A DNA stretch of 63,893 bases, counting the filler, from Octopus bimaculoides (taxonomy: Eukaryota): the NCBI RefSeq assembly GCF_001194135.2. It is 6 parts of 5 records of this genome, joined end to end, with 100 filler letters (N's around TTAATTAATTAA, not from the genome) between each part and the next. Parts side by side here need not be neighbours in the genome. Positions count along the whole stretch, not along the records: positions 31,677 to 36,298 come from NC_068981.1; positions 36,399 to 58,142 come from NC_068983.1; 4 more parts are not named here. The stretch is one strand, 5' to 3'. Position numbers and translations under genes: made by a program. Numbering within the stretch: the first letter of the stretch is position 1; each line of letters begins with the position of its first letter. Of this stretch, positions 35,531 through 50,249 are shown in pieces. Below the pieces are notes generated by a model. That model was not told where the DNA came from. It was given only the letters and a program-made list of their open reading frames with translations, and did not search any database.

Positions 35531-35786
35531 CAGTGGTTCTCAACCATTTTACGCCTATGGACAACTTTGATTCCATGTCATTCTACCGGCCTCCCATAGT
35601 AATACGATGATAAAATAAAACTCTATTATATTTAAATAGTATTATGAATGGTGTAAACAAAGTGTTGAACTATTTTGTTTATTGTAAACTATTTTGTGTG
35701 TTTTGTGTATTATAAAAGTATTATGAACTTTATTGCACAAATTTTAACAATAAAATCTTATATGGACCGCCTATTGAGAACCAGTG
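35531..35786. mobile_element. hAT/Charlie-like MITE
   Basis: TIRs cagtggttctcaa / ttgagaaccagtg (1 mismatch); no intact 8-bp TSD. Confidence 0.6.
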
Positions 35787-36878
35787 TTGTTTTTAATGCA
35801 AAATGTGGAGTAGCATATGTATTTTTCACTGTTCTACGGTAAAAGACAAAGTTGCTTTGAAGATGGGTTTCATTCCTATATAGGGTGTCTCAGTTTACCG
35901 ATGAAGGATTTTAAAATGTGTTATGTTCATATAAGCTGTGTATGTCAGGCGGGATGTGTTATGGTCGGGGTATGAATGAACTTTGTAGAGCAAAGTTATC
36001 TGAGAGGGAGAGTGGCATAATGTCTGGGTAGGAATGACTATGATTTACAGTAATACGCAAAATTGGTGTGTGTGTATATAGTTGGCTAAGAGTCCAGAAT
36101 ATGAATGAACAGAGGTGTATACTGACATTCGTGAACGCACAACCAAACGCGCAACATATACGCAATCACCCACTCCCACGTATATAACACACACACTCAT
36201 ACTCACAAGCGCGCGCGCGCGCTTAATCAATAACTTAATCCGACGTTATTCATTCCTTTGAGCAATAAAAGAATATATCCAACTATCTACCTAACCCCNN
36301 NNNNNNNNNNNNNNNNNNNNNNNNNNNNNNNNNNNNNNNNNNTTAATTAATTAANNNNNNNNNNNNNNNNNNNNNNNNNNNNNNNNNNNNNNNNNNNNTG
36401 TGTGTGTGTGTGTGTTTGTGTGTGTGTGTATGTATGCGCGCGCGTGCGCGTGTGTTTGTGTGCGTGTGTGTGTGTGTGTGTGTGTACGTAAATGTCGAAC
36501 GATGAAAATGTGTGCTCAACGCCGCATTAGAGGATATATCCGTATTTATGAATTGAACCTACCATCAGTTTCATGTTAAAAAAGTAGGAAAATATCTTAG
36601 TATCATAACAATGTTTTCAATCCAATCACAGAGAGAAAGGTGTTTGCCTCGATTTCTAGTTTAGTTCGCGGAGATTCTCGGGAATTCATGTGAATAAAGC
36701 AATTAATGAATCAATCAAGGAAAGTTACTCTTCAAGGGCAGCCTTTGGATGTTTGTCTCCCTTTGTACGACTTCTGGGCAAATTGTCAATGTTTGCATTG
36801 ACTTTTTAAATTTTGTTTTGAGCATGGTTTTCTCATACATGTGTGCTGAGATAGTTCGTTATTGGGTGCATATACATA

Positions 36879-37776
36879 CTAGGTCTGGTCAATAAGTATC
36901 AGGACTGTTACCATAGTGACAATGCTAAAGAACGCAGAGTAAAGCCGCTTGCCACAGATTGGCCTTGAACTCTGCTGTGATAGCTCACTAAGTTTTAACA
37001 TTCTAGCTCCCTTCCGCTTCTTACAGCAGTGCTTGGAACAAATAAGTGTAGCGTGTGATCGTCAGTTTGTCCATGACAGCGAAAGTACTCTTGGTGATAC
37101 CTGCTTAGGGGACTGTGCAAAGTTGCAGAAGACATATGGAGAGAAGTGCATGAGCCACACACAAGTGTACGAGTGGTTCAGACGTTTCCAAGATGGCCGA
37201 GAAATGTCGATAGTTAAAACGTTCTGGGAGATTCGCAACCAGCAGAACTAAGGGAAACATCGCAGATGTACATGTAGCTGTGAGAGGAAATCGTGCAGCT
37301 GAGTGGGGATAGCCGTGAGTTATCGGAGGATGTGCAGATTAGCTACGGTTCAGTTCAGTCCATTATCACTGAATGTTTCGATTTGAGACGTGTGTTTGCC
37401 AAGTTTGTGCCCAAACGTCTTTCAGCTGACCAAAAAGACATTCGGGTTTCAGTTGTACAAGGTGTCCTTGATTGTGTTGGGAACGATGAAAATATTTTGA
37501 AAACTTTGCATAACCCTCTGAGCAGGTATTTCCAAGCCTGTGGTAAAATTTGATGCAGATTATCTCCTCAACTTTCTGTCATGGCCAACGTGACCATAAC
37601 ACGTTACACACCTTCCTTCCAAGCACTGATGTAAGCAGTGGATGTCAGATAGAACGTTAAAACTTAGCGAACAGGTACAACAGAGTTCAAGGTCAATGTA
37701 TGCGAAGCGTATTTACTCTGTGTGGTGTAGTCCCATTACTATGGTGACAATCCGGATACTTATTAATGAGGCCACG
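36879..37776 (+). mobile_element. Internally deleted mariner transposon with both TIRs and TA target duplication
   Basis: About 40-bp imperfect TIRs (aataagtatc[a/c]gga[c/t]tgt[t/c]accatagt) flanked by TA. Transposase remnants KLQKTYGEKCMSHTQVYEWFRRFQDGRE and ELSEDVQISYGSVQSIITECFDLRRVFAKFVPKRLSADQK (WVPxxL-like motif). DDD catalytic domain missing. Confidence 0.9.
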
Positions 37777-37808
37777 TATACATACATACATATGCACACA
37801 CGCACACA

Positions 37809-37859
<51 letters not shown>

Positions 37860-38091
37860 ACATATATGCATAATATATATATGTATATATGTATAAATAT
37901 ACATATATATGTATATATATATATACATATACATATATATNNNNNNNNNNNNNNNNNNNNNNNNNNNNNNNNNNNNNNNNNNNNNNNNNNNNNNNNNNNN
38001 NNNNNNNNNNNNNNNNNNNNNNNNNNNNNNNNNNNNNNNNNNNNNNNNNNNNNNNNNNNNNNNNNNNNNNNNNNNTATATATATATATATA

Positions 38092-38133
<42 letters not shown>

Positions 38134-39010
38134 GAGAGAGAGAAAGAGAGAGAGATAGAGAAAGAGAGAAAGAGAGCGAGAGAGAGTTGTTAGTGAGGGG
38201 TTATCAAGTCGTACAAAAATACAATATAAGCTCTCTGTTAGTAAAATAGACTAACATAATTCTTTAGATTAGTAAAAAATCTCCGCATTGTTTAGTAGCA
38301 GGGACTGAGTTTATAATTTATCTCATTATTTCGTGAATACACAGTAGTGCTCCGGTTATATTGGTTTTACGCAGAGGGATATAGAAGACACAGCATAAAT
38401 AATGGTGAATTTATATTACTTTAACGTAGCAAATTTGACTTCCAGTTGTTTCCAGTAGTCATTGCAGATACATTATGGATAGGTTTCCTCAATCGGCCCA
38501 TTGATCGGTTGAGAAAAAGTTGAACGACCTAGAAAATCGTATTATACAACGCATACTTTCCCACATTATTTTAATACTGCTGTTACAGTTAAATGTTGGC
38601 TTATGTATTGTTTCCGAATAGATGAAATGTAAATTTAACCTCGGCAAGATTTGAAGTATAACTGTAGTGAGCCGGAGCAATTGCTGTGAAATATTTTGTG
38701 CAATGAAGAAATATTTCTGTCAATTAGTCGCATAAAATGAAGGAGTTCACACTGTGCCAGTGGTTTCATGTAAGTTGCACATCAACAGTTAAACGTTAAG
38801 CACAAAGTAACCATGCACCTAAACTCACATTTAAGGACATCTGTCTGTGTGCGTAAAATTCGGTGAATGCGACACAATAAATAAATCTCAGTGGCACTAG
38901 TAATAAACCATGATTTAATGTATTCATATAAAGCCAGTATGTCAGCAAGAGAATATATTCTACATCAATTGTGTGAAAAGTTCGCTGATTTTGTTTTACG
39001 AATAAATTAT

Positions 39011-39218
39011 TCATTTCCTTGTTTCAGTCGTTTGACTGCAGCCATGCTGGAGCACCACCTTTAGTCGAACAAATCTACCCCAGGACTTATTATTTGTAAG
39101 CATTGTGTTTATTCTATCGTCCCTTTAGCCGAACTGCTAAGTCACGGTGACGTAAGCACAACGACATCTGTTGTCAAGCGATTGTATGGTGGTGGGGTTT
39201 GACAAACACAAATACAGA
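39011..39218 (-). mobile_element. SINE family B, 3' part
   Basis: gtttcagtcgtttgactgcagccatgctggagcaccacctttagtcgaacaaatc.. Confidence 0.85.
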
Positions 39219-40120
39219 AATGCATATATATATGTAGTGATTGGACACAATAATGGAAACACCTAGCATCATAACATCATAATTTTGAAATACCTATAAA
39301 ACTGTCAAAAGTTGCTTTATTTTTATGGGGTTTTTTTTATATTAAATATTATATTAGTGTTGCTTAATATGTTTTGCTAAAATTGCTGTTACTTTTCAGA
39401 TCTCATCAGAGGGAGGGAGGGAGAGGGAGAGGGAGGGAGAGAGAGGAAGAGATGGGGAGAACTTGCGAGCATATTAGAGATTCAATCCTGAATTGATCTG
39501 GTTTTATTAGAGACGTACGTTCATCTAAGGAGGGAGTGATTTTCTAGATGTTAGAAACTATTATGTTTTACCGTCTCCTCCAAGGTGACTGACGATTACA
39601 TTATTTAACGGCATCAGTAATGTTTGTCTATACTGTATCATATTGTGGTGTCTTACAGCACATATACCTGGTGATGTTATACTATTTCTTAAATGGCAGC
39701 TATTTACGGAAAATATTTATTGCCTGTGTTTGGTAAATATTTATGCTTTGCATCTTGTATTTACATATTTTAACAGTCTTCTGTTTGTAGGTTTGAGAAT
39801 AAACACAATTACCCGAAACACTCTTTGATTTTATCTCTTAGTTTTTCCTTTTGAGTTCCAATAGAAGATAGGTTTCCTCCATATTTGCTGATAGAAAATT
39901 GCGTGGGGGTGTTTAGGTTTGTTTCCTTTTATTATTAGAATTGTCCGTTGGTTTTTGCAGCGCGATAAGTTATTTTGTTCTGCTCTGTTTCTCCTATCAT
40001 AATTTACGAATGCTGAATTACCTTTTTGGGTGGAATGTGGATGTATGGTGGCATATATGTAAGGACAGTCTAGATAAATGTAAGCATAGTCAGGTTTCCC
40101 TTCTACTAAAATGGAAAATT

Positions 40121-40142
40121 AGTAGTAGTAGTAGTAGTAGTG

Positions 40143-40193
<51 letters not shown>

Positions 40194-40223
40194 ACAGCAG
40201 CAGCAGCAGTAGTAGTAGTTGTT

Positions 40224-40270
<47 letters not shown>

Positions 40271-40300
40271 CGTACTAGTAGCAACAGTAGCATCAGCAGG
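40121..40300. repeat. (TAG)n/(CAG)n compound microsatellite
   Basis: Direct observation. Confidence 0.95.
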
Positions 40301-42087
40301 TTTTCATAATCATGACTTCACTTGCTGAGAAAGATTTTCAGATTCCCTGCTATGGAGTTGAATCCTTTAAAAAGGTATAAAACCTTTCAATGTGCCTTAT
40401 CTTGAACTACTTTACTAAAATTCGTTGTTATTGCAAATGGTATGCTGACAATAATTGTTTTATTTATCTATAGAGCTCCTAAATGAACGAACCATCTATG
40501 AGCATATCAGTTCATTAAAATTGCGTTCAGCTTAACTTAAGCACATATTTGCTATTTTAAAGAATTTTGTCAATCACGCAATCGGGTAAAAGTTAAAATA
40601 TTTTCTTTTTTTTTTTCTCAGGAAAATGCATAGATATTTATGTGTCTACTTAAAATTGTGTACCTCAAAAGTGAAATCTGTCTATTTATGCAAATTTAAA
40701 TGATACTTTATAATTGTATTCATGCTGTCTTTCATGCCAATATGGAAGGGGCAGAGAGACGCAACTGATCACTATTAATCATAGGCCGATGAGAGAGATA
40801 TTAGGAGTTTGCATACTCTGCAAGAGATGTCAGACAGATCCCAATCGCATACCAAGCTGCTACACTGAAAGGCACATTGGATGAAGTAACGTACGATATT
40901 CTGCTGAAATAAAAGGTTGACGGATTCTCACAGCTGGAGCTCTGATAAACTATCGGATTCCTAAAGTATTGCTGTCCTTTAGGGCCATTAGATAAATAAC
41001 AATAGCGACTAATGTTGGTCAATAATATACACTTTATATATATATGTATATATATATATATATATATATNNNNNNNNNNNNNNNNNNNNNNNNNNNNNNN
41101 NNNNTATATGAGTATAAGTATGCATGTGTGTTTGTATGTACGAGTGTATGTACGCACGCATGTATCTGTTGTGTGTGAGAGAAACAGAGAGAGAGACAGA
41201 CAGAAAGAAAGAAAAAGATTTCCCTACGCAAACGATGTATATAGAATATTCTTTTGGGATTAATATTTTTTATATATGGTTATTTGTTTATTCTTTATTC
41301 TAATTCATTTTGTTTGCGCTCAATTTTCTTTTCCTTTATTGATTTTCGTTCTTATTTTTTTTGTATTTTTCTTAATTTTTCTTCCTTTTCTACTACTTCT
41401 GTCTCATTACCTGACTATCTTTCTCTACTATTCTCTCTTTCCCACCTTGTAATTCTGCAATTCATTTTAAAATTTACTCTTAACTAATGCTACTTCGTCA
41501 AGAACAGGAAATTTACGCTTCATATAAGAAAACCTTTAAAATGTGAAGATGATGAGAGAAGACTTCTTTGGTAAATCAGACCAGATGGAGTCACGTAAAA
41601 GCACTGAGAGTAATGCTAATGGTAGTCCAAAAATTCAAGGAAGGCAACTCTTAAAAGTAACGCTTCCAAGATAATGGAACAATATCGACTTCTTAATGGA
41701 AGAAGCAAAAAGAAAATAACGTATAATGAAAAGAAAATATAGAAAACAAAATAATAAATATGTTATAACAATTTCCTTGAAATTGAAAATGACTTGGAAT
41801 CGTTATGGTTTCAAGCTTCATGTTCTATATTAGAGTGAGGGATGATAGAACGTTGAGTGAAGAAATGGTAGTCAAAACAAAAATATAATATGGAAAACTA
41901 AGAGAGAAATTCATGTGATTGTATGTTGTGTATACGTGTATTTACATTTGTGTGTGTCACAGTGAATGACTCAACACGAGAAGGTTGATAAGGATATAAA
42001 GCAGAAACACACGAAAATTTCTGATGACAAGATACATACGTGTGTGTATGTGTGTGTGTGTGTGCTTGTGTGTGTTTGTGTTTGTGT

Positions 42088-42124
<37 letters not shown>

Positions 42125-42187
42125 GTGTATTTCATATATATATGTATGTGTGTGTGTGTTATAAACGTATATATGTACACACACACT

Positions 42188-42218
<31 letters not shown>

Positions 42219-42296
42219 GAATGAATATGTTCTCGCGCATGACCACATATTTATGTCACATGCACATTAGTGCCTATGTTCATATACATGTATATT

Positions 42297-42327
<31 letters not shown>

Positions 42328-42716
42328 TAAATGAGTATATGCATATATACGTACAGGTATGTGCATACCGACACCCACCTGTATGTATAGGTGAATATCT
42401 GGGTACAGGACATTGCAAACAAAACGTAGACGAGAAAACACATNNNNNNNNNNNNNNNNNNNNNNNNNNNNNNNNNNNNNNNNNNNNNNNNNNNNNNNNN
42501 NNNNNNNNNNNNNNNNNNNNNNNNNNNNNNNNNNNNNNNNNNNNNNNNNNNNNNNNNNNNNNNNNNNNNNNNNNNNNNNNNNNNNNNNNNNNNNNNNNNN
42601 NNNNNNNNNNNNNNNNNNNNNNNNNNNNNNNNNNNNNNNNNNNNNNNNNNNNNNNNNNNNNNNNNNNNNNNNNNNNNNNNNNNNNNNNNNNNNGAGAGGA
42701 AGTACGGGGGGGGGAA

Positions 42717-42800
42717 GAGATACGTAGTAGTAACAGTGGAAGAACGAGAGGGGTAAATCGAGATACGTAGTAGTAAAGGGGAAGAACGAGAGGGGGAAAA
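42717..42800. repeat. 43-bp tandem repeat, 2 copies, next to a gap
   Basis: gagatacgtagtagtaa..ggaagaacgagagggg repeated. Confidence 0.75.
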
Positions 42801-42989
42801 TGATAGTGGAAGAGAAAGAGAAAGAGATAGAGTAGCGTCGGAAAATATGAAGTTACGAAAACTACTTACAAATTGGAGACGCTGCGTTCAGTCATGTAAA
42901 AACAAATAGTAAAGATATATGTATATATATGCATACATGTATGTATGTTTGCATGTACGTATCTATCTATCTGTGTAACTATCTATCTA

Positions 42990-43030
<41 letters not shown>

Positions 43031-43072
43031 TGTGTGTGTGCATATATTGTGTGTGTGCATATGTTGCAGATT

Positions 43073-43103
<31 letters not shown>

Positions 43104-43134
43104 TGTTGTAGCAAGTAAGATTTAGAGTGGAAGT

Positions 43135-43261
<127 letters not shown>

Positions 43262-43570
43262 AAGGTGATTTACTTTAGGTTACAACTGCCTCGAGTCTTT
43301 TAAACAGCATTAATGTCAAAAGTGAGACTCCGTAACGCTATTGACATAAAGAAGTCAATATTCTTCGTTTCTTCTATCGTATTTAAATACAACTTACATC
43401 TAACGAAATGCTAGTCTTTATGGTTATTTCCACAGCCATTATTGTTAATTTGGCCACAGTTGATTTATTTATTTATTAATGTCGCTTGCTTTTGTTTTTT
43501 GTTTACTTTTCAATTTTATTGGTGTTTTGAACGAGTTTAATTTCTCCTCCTCTCTCTCCCTGTCTCTGTC

Positions 43571-43654
<84 letters not shown>

Positions 43655-43761
43655 AATTTTTTGTGACTGTCTACTGTGAGCAGTTGTTGATCTAGATCTG
43701 CAAATCATCCTTAGCGTTTTCTTAACGGACTAATGATGACGACACTGGTTTTAATGAATTC

Positions 43762-46700
43762 GAATGATTTTCCGAACACCATAAGCGTCTAAAGGCACAC
43801 GGATACACACACAAATACACACGCACACACACATTCACATGCGTACACACACATGTAGATATTTCTGTTTGTGTGCGTGCGAGTATGTATGTGTGAATGT
43901 ATATATATATGTGTATGTATATGCATGCATACATAGGTTGGTATATGTGTTTATGTGTATATGTGTATACAGTTACATAGATAAAGATATAGATATATAT
44001 ACACATATATATAAATCATATGCATTATATTGTATGATATTATATTATACTATATCATATTATATTACATATAAATGTGTGTGTATATATATATATATAT
44101 ATACGATAAGTTCGATAGTTAGAGAGAGAGAGACAGAATGATACACCGATACATTGATAGATATATAAAGCCAAAGTTATGGCCAGATAAAAAGACTCGT
44201 GGATCACAAGTATATGATAATACAAGTATGTGCACATACATAAATATATACATACTTGCATTAATGCATACGGATACACTCATGATTGTGTGTGTCTATC
44301 TGTCTGTGTTATATGCGTATAGAGTTTCTATATTTATGGTTACGACCATCAAAATACGCTTGATTGTATATATGTATGTTCAACTTTTGCACCTAAATGC
44401 AATATTAACGACTTCTGTCTATTTTCTGCGTTACTCATTCACAGATGAAAATAGCTTCTCACTCTTACGCTTGTGTACCCAGTCCGTTTGTGTCCTTTAT
44501 TCCATCTGTCACCATACCTCTTCCCATTTCTTAATACAATTTAGCTTGTGTGTGTACACACCAATATAGTTGTATATCTAATTTTCTCTGTAATCAGCGA
44601 GATTTGACTTCATCTCATTCTATTTTACATTCGTCATTAAACCACATTGTTCTTTTTTTCTGCATTAGCTTACATTATATTTATTTTTATTTTCCCCCCT
44701 TCTCTCTCTCTTTCTCACATCTTTTCTTTCTCCCCCCTCTCTCTCTCCCTATCGCACGCTTTGTTACTCTAATCACATCGTTATTTAACCACTTCTGATT
44801 AAGTATACATGTTACGTAAAAAGTGTATTTTCAATTAAAACACTCCTTTATCGTCGTGTGATAAATATCATGTAGAAATTATTTATTTTCTTATATATTT
44901 TCTTATGGCCATTTCATCTATTACTATCTAAATATTTGACGTTCTAATAATAGTGTTTAATTTTTAATCAATTACTGTAAATTACTAACGCATTAGTGTA
45001 TAAATTGCTGATCTCAAACTTTTCTGAGTATAACTTAAATAGTGATTGAAATTCTATTATTTGATATTTAATATTACACTCAAAATAGTAAATAGATAAT
45101 ATTGTATTTGAAATTATCACCAAGCATTGACCTCTTTGCTTGATAAGCACGGATCTAAATATTCGGCAAAATCATTAAGGGGAAATCATTGTTATAGATA
45201 AGTAGATCCAGTAAGTATCACATACAAACGCAGACACGCAAACACATACATCTCAAGATTATATGATTATAATCTCATATGATAATTAATGAAATACTGC
45301 AGTATGTTTTCCATGCAAGCTTCTTCAACATTATCGTCTGTTGGATGCTTTCGAATCATTTTCCCACTGAATCATTTTTATTTGGTGGTCATTGGTTGCA
45401 AAACACGAGATTTGCATCTGCACGTCTCCATTAGTTCAGAATTTTCTACTAATGTGTGCTTTGTCCCTCCTTTCTTATTTGCGGTATTTTCAAGGAAATG
45501 AATATGGTATTTATAATATCGGCAATTTTCGATTAACTGTGAAACGCTGGTTTTAATTTCATAAATAATATTTCTAAACTTTAGGATTAAGAGTAATTGA
45601 ATTTTTTAATTTCATTTCCTAAACCTATTATTGACGATGTCAGTGCTTTGGAATACACTCTCAACCTTGAAACTAACATTTATGACACTGTTCAGAATAG
45701 AATACGTTTCACAAACTATTTATTAGCTATGTGAAGAGAGTCATGATTGTCAACGGATCGCCGTATTTTGTTTATGTTTAAATGAGAACAAGTAAAATGC
45801 ATTCGACTTACGGGGTTATCTTTATATGTTTACCAAAAGCAGTACGTTAAGAAATAAGATAAAAACGTTCACTTAAACAAGGCAAGTAATGCGTATACCA
45901 TTATAAACATAATTGAAATAGGATTCTCAGAGACGTACACTTAATCGCTTTTTGCTTAAAATATATTTCTTAAGAAGCTACATGCTGTTCTTTTGTAGAA
46001 GTTAGTTTCTAATGTTTGAGTGAGACTGTGTTTTACATTTAATTTGTTTGGTTGTCAGCTTTCAGCTGTATTTCTGGGATTATGGTAGCATGTCCTTGTC
46101 ACTAACCTCATTAGATGTATATTGTTCTCTCAAATAATCTTCCATTTATTCACACACACACATACGCACGCACACACGCACACACACACACAAACACACA
46201 CACACACACACAGACACAAACACACACACATACACACAAAACAACATTTCCATTAACGCAAGCTAAATACCTGATTAGATATATATTTCTATCTACTAAA
46301 CAAAATATCATTTAGCGGGAAATGGACAAACATAAATGAAGTTTTCGATCACTTTTTATGATGATTCCATTGCGCTCACCTAAACGCAAATCCTTATTTT
46401 ATTTTCATCCTTTTGTAGATATGTCTGGTACATATCAAATGTAGCTCCGTGCCTTCAGCCGAATGATTTTACTGAAGTATATAGTTTGTTATTATTCCTG
46501 TTAACTTAGTTTCTCTTTAGGCTTGCGGAATATTGTTCAGGATGAGATTTTTTTCGTCTCATTGGAATGCTACATTGATTTATCATCTGTTTTTCCAATT
46601 ACTTATTCAAAAAAAAAGTCTGCATCGTTTTCCAATGAATACTTGCTTCATATTATTTGCTTCTAAGAACACAGATTGCTTTTCATATTCCTTCCTTGTC

Positions 46701-47767
46701 TTTGTCTTTTATTGATTTCTGTCATTGGTATTTGGCTATACTGCTGCTCTATTTTGAATTACATCTAAGTAAGTTATAAAGCCTTTATTAGCTCAGATAA
46801 ATCCTTTTTAATTAAGAGTGTCGTTTCTTAATCTAGTGGTTATAGGTTCAATATCAGCGCATGCTATATGGTGAGTTTCTCCTACATTAACCTCAACACT
46901 ACAAAATCCACTTGAATGCAATTCAACAATTGGAGATTGTGCGCAAACTGTGCAGAAACTCTTTATTTGGATTATCGATGCCACTCTATGTAAAAGTTAC
47001 TATTACAAGTTTTAAAACAACAACTTGTCTCTTTTGTTGATTTTAGTAGCTTTCACTTTGTTGCATGCATTTATACAACGTGTGCAGTCGATTATAATTC
47101 TACCATTATCCCAACAATCACAGATATTCCAGTAAATTGGCGTTGGCACTGATGTTCATCTCCATCCATTCGTCGCTTACATCATAGTTTTTTTTTATGC
47201 AGTCTTCGTTAGCGTAGTGCAGCAATTCAAGACATGCACAATAAAGAAAAGAGAAGGGAGGAAAATTGGATGTCGTGTTTAGTGCATAACATTGTTGACT
47301 TACAAATTACAGAGAATAAGAGAAGTTAAGTCTTATGAGTTGGAAAATCAAATGTGAAAGTGGTACAAGGCAGTCCATCTTTGCAGTAGCAGTTTAAAGG
47401 AAGAACGATATGATATTGTCACAGAATTTCTTGAGAGAGTGAAAATGGTATTGCCTTTATCCAAGCATGGTAGGTAGCCTTTGTTTGCATATAGTCTAGG
47501 CTATCTGAACTCAAAGCAGCAACACCGTCCTTGACGTAGAAGCAGTCCACCATAGTGGTCTTCATATGTAATTTGTTCTTGCTGGGGGTATGTGTGTATG
47601 TACATTCATATATGTACATACACACATATATACTCGCACGCACACAAACAGAAAACTATGCATATGTGTGTGTGTGTGTGTGTGTCTGTGTGCATGTGGG
47701 TGTGTGTGGTGTATCTGTGTGTGTATACGTGTGCCTTTAGACGCTTATGTTGTTCGGAAAATCATTC
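43762..47767. repeat. Long-range inverted repeat pair (arms about 43762-43920 and 47600-47767)
   Basis: gaatgattttccgaacaccataagcgtctaaaggca versus tgcctttagacgcttatgttgttcggaaaatcattc (1 mismatch in 36), plus shared tactcgcacgcacacaaacagaaa. Confidence 0.75.
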
Positions 47768-49270
47768 TCGCAGTGGTGTGATACAGCCAGTCTTTGTGAT
47801 GCAGTTGTCCCTATGCTGAAGATATGCTTGTTTATATAAAGTTATTTTCGAATTTCCAAGCAAGGAGCAATTCTTTAATCAGATTTTGCTTCAGATTTTA
47901 AAGATTAGTATGAATAACGTTTAGGTTTGAGAGAAAAGGAAAAACGAAGAACGTGCGTATTTGTGCGCACGAGTTACTTTGTGAATGAACAAGTGTATCC
48001 TTGCGCATGCGCGTTTATTTTTAAAAACTTCAGTCATAATTAATTCCACAGGGAATTAAAACTATGGTCTTTAAAACAAACGGCTGTAATGCTATAGAGA
48101 TAACATGATATAAGAGCTTTATTTTCAAATGTATATTAATGTCCGCTACTAGGTTTCTAAAGATAAAATATTTAGTTATCACCATTATTAACGATAAACT
48201 TGCAGCTACTGTGTGGTATCAATACATATGTCAGCTTTTCACTCGTGTATATGTACGTGTTTGCGTACACGTATGTATGACTGCAAGTATATCGGTATGC
48301 ATTTTAATGAAAGCATGTGTATGGATGTTCTTGTTTGTGTGAAAGTATGCTTGTGTTATGATGCTCGGTCATCATTATTTCCACTGTAAATTGCAAACCG
48401 TGATATTTTATAGCCGTTTTATTTATTCAGGCCAAAACTGCTCTTTACCTAAAATGAACATTAATCATTGTTGCCAGTATTCACTTAAAACGGTTAAATC
48501 TCCACAACGGCAATTTTCATGAGTGTGGGTGTCACTAATCAGGAATTCGACATTAAATTATCCCCGATTAAACGATAAGATGCAGTCTTAAAAAGTAGCA
48601 TCGTTTATTTGTAACAAACCATTAGAGATACAGTTACAAAGTTTATTGACCCTCTACTTGTCTAAAATGTAATAAACATAAATATTCATTCATCACCTCA
48701 GATCTAATTTCAAAGAAATGAAAATGATGTATGTATATAATATAATATAATATAATATAATATAATANNNNNNNNNNNNNNNNNNNNNNNNNNNNNNNNN
48801 NNNNNNNNNNNNNNNNNNNNNNNNNNNNNNNNNNNNNNNNNNNNNNNNNNNNNNNNNNNNNNNNNNNNNNNNNNNNNNNNNNNNNNNNNNNNNNNNNNNN
48901 NNNNNNNNNNNNNNNNNNNNNNNNNNNNNNNNNNNNNNNNNNNNNNNNNNNNNNNNNNNNNNNNNNNNNNNNNNNNNNNNNNNNNNNNNNNNNNNNNNNN
49001 NNNNNNNNNNNNNNNNNNNNNNNNNNNNNNNNNNNNNNNNNNNNNNNNNNNNNNNNNNNNNNNNNNNNNNNNNNNNNNNNNNNNNNNNNNNNNNNNNNNN
49101 NNNNNNNNNNNNNNNNNNNNNNNNNNNNNNNNNNNNNNNNNNNNNNNNNNNNNNNNNNNNNNNNNNNNNNNNNNNNNNNNNNNNNNNNNNNNNNNNNNNN
49201 NNNNNNNNNNNNNNNNNNNNNNNNNNNNNNNNNNNNNNNNNNNNNNNNNNNNNNNNNNNNNNNNNNNNNN

Positions 49271-49303
<33 letters not shown>

Positions 49304-50249
49304 AGAGAATTATATATATATATGTTTCAAATTTTGGTATAAAGGCAGCAATTGTTCAATTGTTCAGATATTTGAGAAAGCTTTGAAACACTAACATCGC
49401 TGTTAGTGATTGCTTTAAAATATTTGATTTCCTCGAAACTTTTCTGGGCGTGTGTAGGAAGGAGAGTGAGTATTTTCACTTTGGTGACACATATAAGCTG
49501 TGATTAAATTAGAAGTGAAGTAGAGATCCGTGCAACTATATCTAGCATTCAAACCATTAATAGCAATGCTAAAATTGAGAGGTAAATGTAAAGCAAAACA
49601 AAATACAAAAGTTTAGTGTTAACTACTTTCAGTAACAAATTCTTTCTGTCTATCAATGACATAAAGATGGGTGGCAGCGACAATAATACCAACCGCAACA
49701 ACAACAGCGGCAGAAATAACATCAACAACGTCTACTACAATAACGACAAATATGGGAAGTTCAGCAACAGAAGTATCGTAGCAGAGCGAAATATTAACGA
49801 CCACTGGAATACAGACAGTGAATTAAAATTATTAACAGCATCAACAATAGCGAATGCGAACAAATCTTATCTGCAACAAAAGACGATATTGAATGAATGA
49901 AAGCATTATCAACAGTAACAAAACGACGCCAAAGAAAGAAAAACCTTAACAGCAACCAAGGAAGAACAATTGAAATTAGGAAAGTAGCAGTAGTTGCAAA
50001 GGTATCCTCAGTGCGTTAACCAGAGCGTGCACCGCTGGCACTACCACACAATAAATTTTGAGAAAACGATGTCCGCCATCTACAGCTGACAGCGATTCTA
50101 TGTGCATGTGTGTCACTCACGCAGTTAATGTAAGAAATCTCGTTCATTTTCAGATATTACCAAACTCTCAGCGATGACAATTGTTTCTTCACAAGGGAAA
50201 CTTCAGATGTAAAGTTAGAGTTAGAGCTATGATTCTATTACCGGTCATG

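Noticed and set aside
39386-39413. Minus-strand CTGATGA-gatct-GAAA-ag-TA
   Set aside because: No stem I partner and no viable stem II; chance match
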